A stretch of DNA of 63,863 nucleotides, filler included, from Phoronis australis (taxonomy: Eukaryota > Animalia > Phoronida), in NCBI GenBank assembly GCA_002633005.1. It is 10 parts of 10 records of this genome, joined end to end, with 100 filler letters (N's around TTAATTAATTAA, not from the genome) between each part and the next. Parts side by side here need not be neighbours in the genome. Positions count along the whole stretch, not along the records: positions 1 to 20,811 come from NMRA01000074.1; 9 more parts are not named here. One strand, written 5' to 3'. Made by a program: the position numbers and the translations under genes. The notes beneath the pieces were generated by a model. It ran no database searches and was not told the origin of the DNA. It saw nothing but the letters and a program-made list of their open reading frames with translations. Positions 1 through 13,804 of this stretch are shown in pieces (within the stretch, counting starts at the first letter, position 1; the number at the start of each line of letters is the position of its first letter).

Positions 1-999
1 AATTCAGACACCTATTACCAAGCCTGCCTGAAGGGCTGACAAAGATTTTATTGTATTAATTTCAAGGGCATGGAGTCTTCTACATGTTCATGTTATTATT
101 TTTAGTTTTCTCGTGGGGGCAGCTTCGCTATAAGGGTACAGCTTACTGCTGGTTTTTCACAAGACGGAAACGTACCTCCACGGAAACAGTTCCAGTGTTA
201 CCATGGTAACCGATATTGCAGTGTCGGTGCCGTTTTTACTGACATTGATCAAGAACCTATCATGTGATACCAAAATTGTTCAGAAACGATTCTGTTTGAA
301 GCAGAAACTGGAGTAGAAATTTTGGTCAAAAATGACTCATTCCACACCCAGAAATTGCCTCATTTTGCCCCCCAGAACACTTCCCTTGTATCTCCTAAAC
401 CACAAACTTTGTGGTGTCATACTTCACCCATTTTCTCTCATCCCTAATGTGATTTATCAGACTAAACACGGATCTGAATGGTTGACCCCCCACCTTGCCG
501 CTTGTTGGCTGTACTGTGGTCGGTGGATCCGTGGACTGATACTTAATAGTGCCGAGGGCAGATAGGTCATGTCAGACCTTTAAAGAGTTCCCACCATGAC
601 ACTGTATCTCAAAAAGTATGTTATTAATACACCTTAAGAGATTTAATAGCCTTTAGTATATCTCTTGCTATGAAACAAGCCAAAAATGTTTAAAGATATA
701 TTTTTCTGTTATCAGGGTTGTACGTAATGGGTGGAAGACAATCTTCGACGTTGTTGTTTTTACCAGTGGGATACAGAGATTTTCTGAGGAAAGTCCAGGG
801 AGAGCCACCTTTTTCAGACATGAAAAGGTGCGTTAGTGGAGCCTGTAGTAACAGCAACTTGATTAAGAACGTCTCTGTGTTCAAACTTCCTAAATATTAT
901 TACGTAAAAGTTGTACTGAAATGGCATCGGTTTCATTGTGCGCCGCACGAGAGCCTGAGGAATTATGTCAGCCTTGCGGAACATGCGATTCAGTCGGGA

Positions 1000-2200
1000 G
1001 CCACACTTTGTTAGGCACATTTCAAGGAATTGTGTTGCAACCAAACACAAAAGCATCGTTACGATGAAAGAGTTGCCACCTTGTAAGTGCATTTGAAAAT
1101 TTTATAAAAGCGAGCAAACTGCTTCCATTCTAGGGCGAGTGATGGCAGGCCCTCGACACCGGCCCAGATAGAGTGTTACGACACGTAGGCTTATGCATTG
1201 TGTTTAGACCGTGCAATAGCGAAATCATTACGATTGACCCAGGTTTACTGTGGCCTTTGTCAGTGATTATTAAGAGTGTATTTTGTGAATATTATCCGCC
1301 CCTTGACTCAGTTGGTTGTGGCTCACATACGAATGCTGCATTTCCGTGCAAGTGGGTCGATTTCATACGGCCTCAACTGAAAGACGATGAAAGTTCGTTA
1401 AGTGGGAAACCGAATTCATTGTCTGATTCTTCCAGTACTTGAGTGTGATGCCCGTATCCACTTTCCTCTCTGTCTGCATGATACTTGTCCAATTCTCGCT
1501 CAAAATCGTTCTCGTCTTCTGATCAGCTGTGTTCCGCCGTTGCAAGTGACCAAACGTCTTTCACCCATTACATCATTTAGCGGGAAACTTGGAAATAGCT
1601 AATTTTTTTCGACATTAAAAATTTAGGATTATTTGGCATAAAAAATGCTTATTGAGTTAGATTTTATGCTATTCATCCATATTAGCTTTCTGAAACCTCA
1701 AAAACTTAGAAAATACATGCTGGAAACTCCGAGTCTTTAATATTTTAACAAAGGGTCTCTTTCCAACTCCATAGTAGCAATCACAGTTGTTGCATTTGAA
1801 GATGTTCCTTGTCATAGTAATGCAAAGCACAAATACAATTGCGTCATCCGAAACCACTGAAAATTTGCTAATTTTACATGCACATTTCACCCCCTGTTGC
1901 ACAATAATGGAGCCGGCGTCTTCGTGGGATGTCTCCTGATAATACCTACTGCCAGTGTCCTTTTACTATATTAGATGTACAGGGAGCTTCATCAGTGATT
2001 ACCTATTTATGTTTTTTATGTACTACTAGCCTTTCTTGAAGTCTGATAACATTGCCTGTCCCATGCTTATTGTTTCATGTACGTTAACTGCTGGAGTAGC
2101 AATCCTGTCACTGTTCATGGTTATTACTGCGTCTTTGGGAAGGACCTTGGGATTCAATAGATCAATGCTGGTAGACCCATTTCAGCATTCAACCGGGTTA
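1000..2200 (-). pseudogene. Decayed Academ-type (AcademX) transposase, XPG/PIN-like nuclease and Cys-rich C-terminal region
   Basis: Minus-strand translation near 1960-1770 gives QETSHEDAGSIIVQQ...SVVSDDAIVFVLC...CDCYYGVGKR, matching the HEEAD / VVSxDTDVFVL / GCD..YGxGK motifs of Academ XPG-like domains. Further downstream are MKSTHLH (KRAHLQ-like) and FKCTYK..RCFC..LKCA (Cys-rich tail). Many stops and frameshifts. Confidence 0.6.
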
Positions 2201-2329
2201 TTAAACTAATCTGTGTTTGTTCTATGGTCTGTGGGAGCGCAGAACAGTAGGCAATATCTTTTTCCAATTTAAGGTCTCCAACTGCTGAGCTCTAACTACA
2301 TAAAACATTTTCTTACTCCATCGTCAAAA

Positions 2330-3629
2330 AAGAGATTCTGCAAATTTATCATGTTATAACCGGCAAACAGATTTCATTAAATTCATTGACCATAGAAACA
2401 TGGATGCAAATATCAATAAGTAATCTCTGTTGTCTGATGCAGTACATGTAGTCATAAGCACAGGCAGAATTTTGAATATGGCAGTTGTAATTAGAGTAAA
2501 TTATCAATTATGCAAATTCGTGATGGACATAAATTATGAGATATAGTACGAAAATAGTCTTCATGTAATGCACGTAAGGAAATTATGAGCAGAAACCGTA
2601 TTTTGAATACTTCCCTTTTATATGTATAGTTCATGCAAGTTTATCATGCAACAACTTGCAAACTGATTTCATTAAATTAACTGACCACAAAAAATGAGTG
2701 AAGATGTTAAAATAGTTTACCTGGGGTGCCTGGTACTTCAGCAATAAGCAAAAGCAGATTTTTTAATAATGACAGCCTTATTTTGTATATATTATGCAAC
2801 TTCATGATGTATACACCAGCAAATGAGCTCCATTTAATTCACTGACCATGGAAGCATAGGTGAAAACATTAAAGTAACCTGTTTGCAATGCTTATAAGCG
2901 AAAATATAATTTTGAATAATGGCCCAGAGGTAGATCTAAAAAAGGGTTCAGGGGGTTTAAACCCCCCGGGACAGGATCAAAAATACAAATCAAAAAACGT
3001 CACCAGGAAAACGAAATCAGCCACAAAAAAACTCATACACGGGAGGGGGAAACCCTCCCAACCTCCACCCGCTCGGCGCTACCGACGCGCCTCAGATTTG
3101 CGTGAATACTAAATTCGCTTACTGAAAACGTAGATCTGCCGCTGATACGATGGCCTTAACTTGCATTAATTATGTAAATTTATCATGCACCAACTTACAA
3201 ACTGGTTTCATTAACTTAATTGACCGTAGGAACATCGGTGCACATATGACAGTTCACCTGTGGTGCTTGGTACTGTAGCTATAAGAACATGTACAATTTT
3301 GAATTATGGTGCCTTAATTTGCATAAATTATGCAAAAACATGATATATCCACACAAAAACTTTCACCTTTAAATTCATTGACCATGGAAATATGGATGAA
3401 AGTATCAAAATAACCTGGCTGCTGCGCTTAGTAAGGAAATTATAAGCAAAAATAGAATTTTGCATAATGGCAGCCTTAATTTGAACATTTCAAAAAATGC
3501 TCAAGGGTTGCGAACGGTCACTCCCCCAAACCATGACTAACTATGCCTAGGCTCCATGAAACAGCTAAGAAAAAAATTTAACCGACAAATCCAGTTTAAG
3601 TAATTAAACAGCATTTGGCTCCCAAACTA
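2330..3629. mobile_element. Subterminal degenerate repeats and terminus of the putative Academ element
   Basis: Recurring diverged motifs (aaattcattgaccat..., ataagca...ttttgaataatggc...ccttaattt) end at tttggctcccaaacta (3629), which is a TAG-type terminus on the minus strand. No matching opposite end or TSD was found. Confidence 0.45.
2925..3144 (+). mobile_element. hAT-derived MITE nested in the subterminal repeats
   Basis: Imperfect TIRs cagaggtagatcta / tagatctgccgctg. Both ends resemble the ends of the 9405-13049 element. Confidence 0.65.
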
Positions 3630-6600
3630 GTGCGCGGCGAAAACTGATTGGACATGTATACAAAAGTAGGTCTCAGCGTGTTAGACGTTTGCGACATGTT
3701 TACAGTAAGTGGCTAAACAAGGAAACTGAATTCGGCATTTTTATCCTCAAAAATGCCTCATTTTTGGCACTTCCGGATATTAATAGCATGTTTAATTCAC
3801 TATTTATTAAGTGGGTTAAGGATTTACAGGATAGGAACAATACGAATGGGAAGCCTTTCCCAATAACATTTTCAAAAATTATGGGGTATTTTAATCTCTA
3901 AATCTAATTGTAAATATGAATTGTTATTTTTAGAAAATCACAATGTCTTCTAAAATGATATCCCAGTGGCACGAGAAGAGATCTCTGAATATTTAAATCA
4001 GGGCATATCAATTGTAAACTGCGTGACTTTGAAAAAAAACAAAGATATATTAACTAATTAATGGAAAAATTACATTTTCAGTTGTTTTTGATTCATGGGT
4101 TATTACCTTTAGACCTTTTGGAATGTGAAACTAAATTTCGGTTTGGGAAGTCCTGAAGGAAAGATATAAGTCATCAAATTGGATATGATTTGTTGCCTTG
4201 AGATGAACGATGAAATTGCAAGCTCGATACATCCCACCTTCAAAGTAAAATTGTTTAAATTCTTTCAAATCAAATCAGCTTGGTACTCATTATACCAAAA
4301 ATATTATACTTGATAAAATAGCCCCGCCTCCTGATGTAGAATACAGTTTGATTGATTGTTAATCCAAACAAAATATCAAGCCAGTCATGTTCATCCAGAT
4401 ATCGTTATTTCCTTATATGAGAGCATTTTCAATATTGTTATATTCATTAAATGGTTTTTACCAAATTTGTATTAAAAAATGAAAATAGTTAACGAAGACA
4501 CATGTACATCTTGTGGAGTCGAAGTTTTGTGGTATGACGTTCAGATTACAGAGCCTCGTATTATGCCTAACACTAAGTGATTATAATCTGCCAATAGACC
4601 AGTTAAGCAGGGTTTGCATCCCTGAACGAGAAGTTTCAATTTTTTGTTAATTGAAATGGCGTAACTAGGTTTCCTACAAGATCCGTAATCGTCCCAATGG
4701 CGTATCCTGAAGCACACTTCAGTTTTTTTATACCGCTCAATCTATTGCGTCGCTTTCAATGCACAGGAGCCCTGTACAATACACGGGGCCCACTATTGTG
4801 AGGAATTCGTGGTATGACTTATTCTAATAACAAAATCAACATAAATATTTACCTTGCACATGTAGTGAGACATCTTAGACGCTGACGATATGCTGTATCT
4901 GATAGTTCCTGTTACACCTCCCAAAATGATTCTGAGCTGATAAGTTCACTTTTGACAAGGCATCCGTATTCAAGACACGCACCCAGCTACATCGAGATCC
5001 AATCTTTTCTGTGTTGATCAAGCTCATTGCATGGACTACTGTGTCGATTACTCGCCGATCAATGGACCGCGCTTGAGGACAATAGACCTACAGACCGTGT
5101 TACTCTGACGACACAATCAGGGCCAAACAATAATGTAGTATTTGCACACTGACCACGGAGAAAATCAGATCCATGAATATACAATGGCCATGTATCGATA
5201 TTTGTGACCACATATTACAAGTGACAATTTTAATAGTATTTACTAACCAAGAAGAATTCCGTTGCGATCTCGTGGAAAGGCACACATGCAAATTACAATT
5301 CGCAAATCTTTGCGATAATGCAATGTATTTACTCTCGCTCGCTCAAGACGAAAATATTGAAATGAATGGTATTCATGCACTGCAACCGAACACCGAGTTC
5401 TTTATTCGTTTTTTGTATGATCGTGGTTCTGCAAAAAAGATGCTATTTGTTCTTAATGAACATGCAGACACACTATAACCGCGCTTTGAGCAGCTCTGTT
5501 TCCGTTTCAGTCTTACTGGCGATCTTTAGCACCGGCAGAGGGTGCGAAAGTGGACCTGCGAAATGTTAAATAGATGCCTGATGCATGAACATGTACATGT
5601 GCTAGGCGTTAGCAAACTTTCAAACATTGACAAGAGAACTAACGGCGCAGTAAGAATAATATCAACCTATACCTCAACCTCATTAATTTGTGAGAGATGA
5701 AGTGAATCCTACCACTTAATCGACTCTCCTTCATTTTAAATTCGCCGAATAATGGCACAGTTGCGTGGTCGTTACTCATACTAGTTTAGGTTTTGACAGT
5801 TATTCAAAAAATTTCTGTTGGTTTTACAGAAAAACTCTGCTCATTGAACGTTAAATTCTCTGTTCTCATGACTGTACTGTAAAGTGTCCATCTAGCGGCG
5901 ACAGGTCCAGTTGGCTGCCCCTAGTTGTGACATGATGGACGTCAGTATTTACGGCATTCTTTTTAAGTGCAACAGGGCAATTTTAATAGCTAAAAAACTT
6001 GTATTTGATGACCCAATTTCAACGACAGCGTGTGAACATAAAATCCCAAATCAAACATGATCTAAAGCTCGATCGAAGACCGTGTCATCGGCGTAACATC
6101 ACTTCTGCCGTCATTGCTGTGTCTTGTTTTTCCTCAAACCCCAATGCAATGATTGAAAAATTAGTCACTGGATTCCGAAATTCGCGTCCACTAGACCACA
6201 GTCATAACATTCTGACCAACGTAATGACGATTTGCCAAACCTAAACAAACAATTCATTCTCAGTGAAAGAAAAGCTACTAAACCTCGCGATTGGGTGTTG
6301 TCAAAATTCAATTACCTGCGTAATTTGGCTATTGACGCAGTTCAAATATTAACAGAATAAAGAGTTCTCAGAGTCCATTATTTGAGGCTTTTTATGTCAT
6401 TGTCGTACTGTGTTTTTGTGATATGATCTAAGGACGTCTTAAACAAGCGTGCATTTGGGCAACAGTATTACGAAATGAAAAATCCGCTTAATCCATTCTA
6501 GTGTATACAGACGCGTTTGATTTTTGTTCGCTTTATGCACTAGGTTCGCATGTAGTGGTCAAGAATTCAATGTGAAAAAATGCGTCGATAACCTATGACA

Positions 6601-9600
6601 TAAAGCCCCATACAACAACAATAGCGTCAAATTGAAAACATCAGTTTAGAAACTCGGCAATACAAATTTCAGGACATCACTCCGAATTATCAACTTGTAG
6701 CTTCGGAAACGAGCAATGGAGTTCTACACAGCTTAGGTGTTGTTTAAGTAACATTTTACTTTACAGGGTAAAAAAGTTTTGAGTCTTTAAGTTAGTTGAT
6801 TTTTAATAATTGTAAGTGCGACCGACCGAAAATTAAGTATTCAAATTATTTTATTTCATAACTAACAAAATTTACTTTGTTTCAGTTGGAAATACGATAT
6901 ATTTGTTGCGCACCGAGATGGCGTGCATATAGCTAGAAAGGCTGGGTGGAATGGCGCGAGTCGAAACCGGGGGCAGGCAACGCGACATGAGGAGTTGTGT
7001 GAGATCGGCGGGTGGTAGGCTTAACATCCTCTCCCATACACACTTATTTTCGTTACAATCAAAGCTTCGATGTTAACTGTGGTTTACCCCGAAGTTGAGC
7101 GTGATTGTTCACATCAACTTCGGAGTTATGGTTCATTAAATTTATCGCAAGACGGCGCTAATATGACCTTGGCCTGTACAAGTAATGGGCTATATGTGGT
7201 TAATTTATTTCAGAGGGCCTGTATACATTCATACGCCTTACTGTTTTTGTCTTGCCCTAAAAGGTGGCAAGGGTACGTCTTCCTCTTCCCACACAGACAC
7301 AAGACGTAACTTCATGCTGAGATGAAGAAGATTGATGACATTTTAGCAGAAAATTGAAGTCCTGTAGCTAGCTGAAGATCCGTGTAAAGGCGATATGACG
7401 TTTGTCGGGAACTCGTTTAGCGTACGCAAAACGTTCAGTGATTTCATATTTTTTCATGACAGAATCCAGCAAGCACTTGGAAAAATTGAAACAGATCGCT
7501 TATACTGTCAAAATAACAAATATTGGAACAAAATATAAACAACTATTAACCAGTTACCGGCCCCTGTTGGCGAACGCAGTGACGATAACTGCGATGGCAT
7601 CGAAGTGCTTCTCATTATACCGAAGCGTCGACTCTTCGCTGCTAAATCCACCTTTACCTTCGAAGTTAACTACCGCTATTAACGTCGATAAACGACTCTG
7701 AAGTTAAATGTTCCCACTGAACGACACTTCGGAGGCAGTGGAAAAGGCCTTTGAACTGCGACAATGCACCCGACAAAGAAAATGAAGAACTAAATATTTT
7801 GCATACTCACCTAACCAGAGCACTATGGCTGTTGTTCGGGCGAAATAATACCCGTAAATGTATAATTAGGACGCTAGTTCAAGCCAATATCATTAAAATG
7901 TCCTAACGACTAAAAGAGAAAAGAATTACATTGAGGCAGTACTAATACGTACAATGTATGTTCCTATCTAAAGTCCTGTGTCACTAGTTTCAGGACGGCT
8001 TATTTGAATATCCTACAACTTTCAATTTTTCATAAAAAGGACACATTTTGAGGTCGTTTGGCCCTAAAAAGTACCCCCAATTTGTATGTCTATTGCTAAT
8101 TATTGTTTAACGAACTTGTTGTTTTTATGTTGCCGTCCCATATTCGCTTTTGAATAAGGACACAGTATTTATACTAAAACATCCAAATATGCTCTGGGGT
8201 ATAAACTAATGATGGAAAAAGAATACATGTCAGATTGCTCTTCCGCTGAAATAAACGTGCTATTTCGTCTCTGACCAGCGATGTTACATGTATGTTTTAT
8301 CATCCTAAGAAACGCCGATGCCGGCAGCTACCGGTGACCTATTTTGTTACGCATTTTTGTCACACCTTCACCGAGTGCAGCCACTCATGTGTTTTTCAGT
8401 GTTTTGGGTGACATTTGTGAAACGATTTCGTGGTAAATGATTTAGATTGTCACGTGTTAAAATGTTTTGGTAAAATAAGAGTTTTGATCTCACACTCTTT
8501 TTTAAGAAATACTCTTCCTTCTCAGTTTCTAGGTGATTGAACCAGCATTTAGAAACGAGAGAGGAACTTTTTGGAGACTTAGGGATGAGAGTGTTATACT
8601 TCACATACATTCCACTAAATCACTATATAGAACAAAAATGTATATGCTTTACAATTCATGAAAGTTAAAGTTATAAAAGAACTTTCAACAATTCACACTC
8701 CGCGTACGTCCGCTATGCCTATTTTAAGACAATTTCCCAGTCAGACGAAAAGATAAGCCAAACATTGATAAAATCATTGACAGCTGCTAATGAGACCCAA
8801 CAATTAATGCATTTAAATATTTTCCAATGACCAAATGAGTTGATAATTTATATTCTTATCCGAATACTAGAGCAACCAATCAGATACGCGAAAAAATACC
8901 AAATTATTCTCGGGTCCAAGCAGTCGTGGATCGGAGATACGTCTAATATGAAATTATATACATATCTTTGATTTTACAATTATTGATTATAACGCAGACA
9001 TTCCCGAAAAGCAAATTCAAAAATTCGATAAGAAGAATTACAGGGCACGATGGATTTTAAGGTATGCGTTTACGGATTACCTTTTTCTCTAAAATAATGT
9101 AAATTCAACAGCTTTACCCGGAAAACGCCCGGAGTGTCATTAGTCCCAATTCATCTCAGAAAATAACATCACATGAGTTATTATGTGACTGACAGCGCAC
9201 ACAACCCGCTTCGTAATGGTTAACCGCAGAGCAAATAAGAAGCTAACGTCATCGAAGGTGAATATATAATACTAAATGAGAACGCACAATAATCGTGTGT
9301 TCAACAAACGGCATTGTACCGACATTTATACGCTATGAAAAATAAGACGCACAATTTTAATAGAAACGACATCTTTAATTCAGTAAAATTTATCTGTCAT
9401 TTTCCAGTGGCAGATCTACTGGGGTTCAGGGGGTTTAACCCCCTCCCCTTGTGACAGGAAAAATATAAATTAAGAAAAAAAAAACGTCGCTAGCAAAACG
9501 ACAACGGCACCACCAGCGTGGGAAAACCCTAAGCATACTACCTCGAAAAAATTGAGGCGGGGGGAGGTTCACCCTGAAAATATTTTTTTTGCATTGTGAT

Positions 9601-10379
9601 TCGCAGTTTGAGTTTTCGTGGCTCATCAGCAAGTTGCTCGGAGTTCAATTGTGCACGCACTTCCGTCGACATTTCTGACGTAGCCAAGAACTTTAACTGC
9701 ACCCACCTCGGAAAAAACAAAGACCAGTAGCTGATTTTTAAGTAACTAGCGTCTTTTCTCAAATATATGATTTGATCTGATTAGGCAAAATGCTGTGGTA
9801 CCGCATTCCTGATATCCAGGTGAATTGAGGTGCAACGCTTTTTACACGTACATGTACCTCATTTGTCATGCATTATCATGCTATTACACTCCACACGTTT
9901 GTAACTTGAAATATGAGTGGTGTATAATAAAGTTGTCCTGCGCAATATTCACACAGTGTACATGTAATGTGTTTGTTTTAAAAAACGATTAACTCGTTCT
10001 CCGAAGAACTGTTTTGCCCTAGTAAGGGCTGTTTTGACGTTCGCTGTGGTTTGGTCGCGAGCCCGGTTCAAGATACACCCTAGCAAGTTAGGCCTATACA
10101 AGGAATGAACCCGGCGGGGTGGCACTCACATTGGCAAGATGACCAGAAATTGCGGTTAATCTGTACTTTCTCAACAAAGTCTTGCGGACTCGCGCCGCAT
10201 TCAATAGGCTTCCTAAGGAGCCTGGTTCCGGCCTCTGAACTGACGGTCTTCATACCCGCAATAAGCACAACTCTCGTCTTCTATTCTGGGAATTTCCTCA
10301 AAAAGGCCCACCTGATGAAACACCCATGTCCATGGGCGTTTATTTGGTGTTACAACTTCGGGCTTCAAGTGCTCTGAAA

Positions 10380-11715
10380 TTGGGACGTTTATTTCGAAAA
10401 CCGCAAGAGATGCAAATTGGTCCAGGGACACATCGTCTTCGACAAAAACGCAATGTTTGAAGCAGTCCATGATGAACGGGTCAAATACAGTAGGCTGTTG
10501 CGCTTGCAACTCTTTTGAATGGACTTGAAAACCTCAAGTGTCTTAGTGCCAAGCTGCAAAAACGATGCTGACATTATAGAGGCTTACAAGCTCATTGACA
10601 CAGCAGTTGACGAAGTGCAAGCATTGGGAACAAACATCGAAGATGTCTGGGTTGAATGGATCCAAGACGCGCAAACTTTAGCAGACTACATTGGACCCGA
10701 CATACATGTACAGATTCCTCTAGTTCAGGCAAAGGAAGCATAAGGCTAACGTTTCTGCAGAAACAACCAGGTGATAAATTGTAATTTTACACAATTTGTA
10801 CATAATATCGATTTTCTGATATACTTTTTTCTTTGATGGGTGTGTACAATGAAAACGAAATAGAGATTATTTTCGGAAATGACAAATTTACCCAGTGAAG
10901 CACAGGGTATACGAGCGCGCAGAAACTGACTGTAATTTGCATTTCCACTTGGCTCTTTGTCGGCTTCATAACCAAAATCTTTTTCACGTATTGCCTAGTT
11001 AAATTTGTAGTCAATACTTCTTTCTTCCAGTGAGTACTTCAGAAGAACAGAGGAATACCCTTCCTAAACAACCTCAAACACCAGTTGACCACCAGGTTTT
11101 CGAGAGACAACAGGTAGGTGAAAGCTGTTCTGCTATGAGTGGTTAGCAGGATGAGGGGTGTGGACTTAGGCTCACTGGAGGATCGGCTGCATTTCTGGAC
11201 ATAGACTTGCCATCACCAGATTCCCTGAAGGTGACTGACTCCCTTCTGACTACCGGTATTTTGGGTAACACGTTGTGTCTTCAGCTAAATTACCGATTGT
11301 CCTATGTAGGCTAATAGTAGAAAAAAATTATCAATATCTTTTGCTCTCATTTCAGCAATAGCTCCGACGCTGGCGGTCCTTTTGGAATGCTCAAAGTCGA
11401 GAGGAATTGCCAATTAACTTGCGTTCCACACTCAAGCATGCAGACGGCGACATCTCCCCAAACGTCACAGAGCTGTTGTTCATAGGATAACTATCCCCTA
11501 TTGAATTCTGTGAGGCAAAGGTAACATTTTCTGTGCTTAGGCGTGCGAAGACACATTTGAGATCTACTATATCTGAGGAAAGGCTTGCTGGGTTATCACC
11601 GATGGCCATGCATTACAAAACAACGAAAAGACTAGTAGACACGTCACTGGTCATCAAGAGCTTTATCCAGAGCAACCCAAGGCATGTGCTTTGCAAGACT
11701 ATCTTGTTTGACTGA
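10380..11715 (+). pseudogene. hAT transposase remnant (THAP12/PRKRIR- or ZMYM1-like) with C-terminal dimerization domain
   Basis: Fragments in the expected order: LKCLSAKLQK..DIIEAYKLID..IEDVWVEWIQDAQTLA (10500-10730); EYFRR..IPFLNNLKHQLTTRFS (11031-11114); LRRWRSFW..TLKHADGDISPNV..PIEFCEAKVTFSVLRRAKTHLRSTISEERLAGL..NPR (11356-11715). In-frame stops are present. Confidence 0.8.
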
Positions 11716-11839
11716 AAAAGGGGCACGTTTTGTCAATGAGTAAGAGAAAGATGCATAAAATACATGTATGAGCATCCACTGTAGATTAAAATGTGTCTAG
11801 GAAGCAGTTTTCAATTCGGACGTTTTTGCATAGTATACT

Positions 11840-12310
11840 TTAGGTCTCGCGACAGCCAGAACAGGCCACCTTGTGTAGCTATTGAATCTTAGTGTACTTC
11901 TGGTCTTTAAGGCCAACTGAACTTGTAATATGTTTACCACATTGTAAAGCTAGCTACTGGATAGTCATTGCTTTTTGATCCCGCGACAGTTCGAGTATTT
12001 TTTAGAGATATGGAACATAGTGAACTTTTTGTCTCCTGACCACAGCTTATTTTGTAGATATTGACTCTTAGTGTACTTCTGGTCCCTCGGTGAACTAGTC
12101 TTGTGATGTCTTTTACCACAGTGTGCTTTGTAAGACTATTTACATGTAACTCAGTCAGTACTGTGTTTGGTCCCCTGACAGATCGACTAATCATAGGTGT
12201 GCTTTTGTCTCGTGACGGACCAGGCCAGCTTGTGTTGATACTGACTCTGGCAGGGTACATCTGGTCCCTCGACAAAATAGTCTTGTATATCTTTTCACCA
12301 CCGTGTACAG
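11840..12310. repeat. Degenerate tandem repeat with a period of about 180 bp inside the hAT element
   Basis: Variants of tcttagtgtacttctggtc recur near 11887, 12066 and 12246. Confidence 0.5.
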
Positions 12311-13804
12311 AATGTTTTAAATCCGTGAAAATGTTTTCAGGTGATTTGTTTCCTGATACATTTGACGTTTTTCAATCATTGCGACTTACAGTAGCCCAAC
12401 AGTCAACGTTATTCAATTTAATAAAGTTATAATTATATAGTGTTTATTGTCGCTTTTAATAATAGACTCTGAGCTGAGATCACCATTGTCCGTCGAGTCT
12501 CGTAACGAGACAGAACAGGGCATAACAGTGCCGGTCTTCGTTCTCAAGTTAAACAATTTGAGGCTGCTACGCGATCATCTGATATTCAAGTTGGTTTTTT
12601 TCGTAGCCGTCAGTGCTCCTTATGCTCTTGAACATTTGGTAGTTGTCGAAACCCTTGTATACATACTACGCTTTTTCGTATACGACATCTCGTATGTTAA
12701 AAATCGATGTGCCGGTGTAGATAGATATTCCACATCCAACTAAAATTTTGCTGGTGGCGTGATTCATACCCAGATGTGCATTAATATAGTTTTACGGAAC
12801 TTATGAGCCGAGTTCATGAGACGAAATGTAGAAGAGTTAAAATCAGCTTAAGAAAAACACCAGCGACACGTTAACTGCCACAAAGTTGTCAGGACGCACG
12901 GACATTGCACTAATTTGCTGCAAAAACAAAAATTTGTCTTGCAGAGGAGGGTGGAAACCCCGCTGCCGACCTCCCACCGCTCGGCGCTACGCGCCTCGGC
13001 TTCGCGCGCGACTATTACCCCCCCTTACTGAAATGTATATCCGCCACTGTTTGCTCTCACTTGCAAGTCATCAATCTCCAGTTTGAATGCGGGTAACGTG
13101 CCGTCGTTATGCTTTGACTTGGACAGTGGTAACCTATTTTAGCAGACGATATTTTCACACTGGAAATGGACTCGGCTAGTTTGGAAGCCATGTTTTCTCA
13201 CATCAACCGTAAAAACGTTGTTTTTTTTACCGAAAAACACGACGTGTCTAAGACTTTCAACCACATGACGCAAATTTGTAAAAACACGCTTGCATAATGT
13301 AAAGTCAACTCGGTTATGCATACTATTTATTAGTCACAATAGTTTTATTTTAACTTAACAATTGTAAATTGCATTCTGTTTTCGTAGCAAATGTTCAAGC
13401 TAGAATCTAACAAATAGTCTTTGAGGTTGTAATATTAAAATTTAACAGATGTTTATAAATAACTGTCAGCAGTGCTTCCCCGCGCGTGAGCACCTAATTG
13501 ACTTTGAGACAGCACAGCTACAGTCTCACCGCGTTTCTTGAGTTGAGTTCGTCTCCGTTTGAATGAGCGTGGATATGGAATTCGCCGCCCGGAAGATGGA
13601 TCCGTTTAAAAGGTTGTTTGCATGTTCTTCCGACTGGGAGTACATGTACGTACAGTTTCGACTCCCGATTTGTCAATCATAACCGTGTCTCCTTCACGGA
13701 ATTCCGGTATTGCTTGGTTGCCGCGAGTTTACTGTTTTGCAGACGACAAAATGTAAGGCGTATGCATTTCTATTTTCACTACTTCGTCATTCGCCCCTGT
13801 ACAT

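Larger units (their letters stand above)
9405..13049 (+). mobile_element. Decayed hAT DNA transposon, about 3.6 kb
   Basis: TIRs cagtggcagatcta (9405) and tatatccgccactg (13049) enclose hAT transposase fragments. No 8-bp TSD is visible. Confidence 0.6.

Noticed and set aside
6940-7020. tRNA or tRNA-derived SINE (B-box-like gtttcgactc on the minus strand)
   Set aside because: No cloverleaf or clear A-box could be built.
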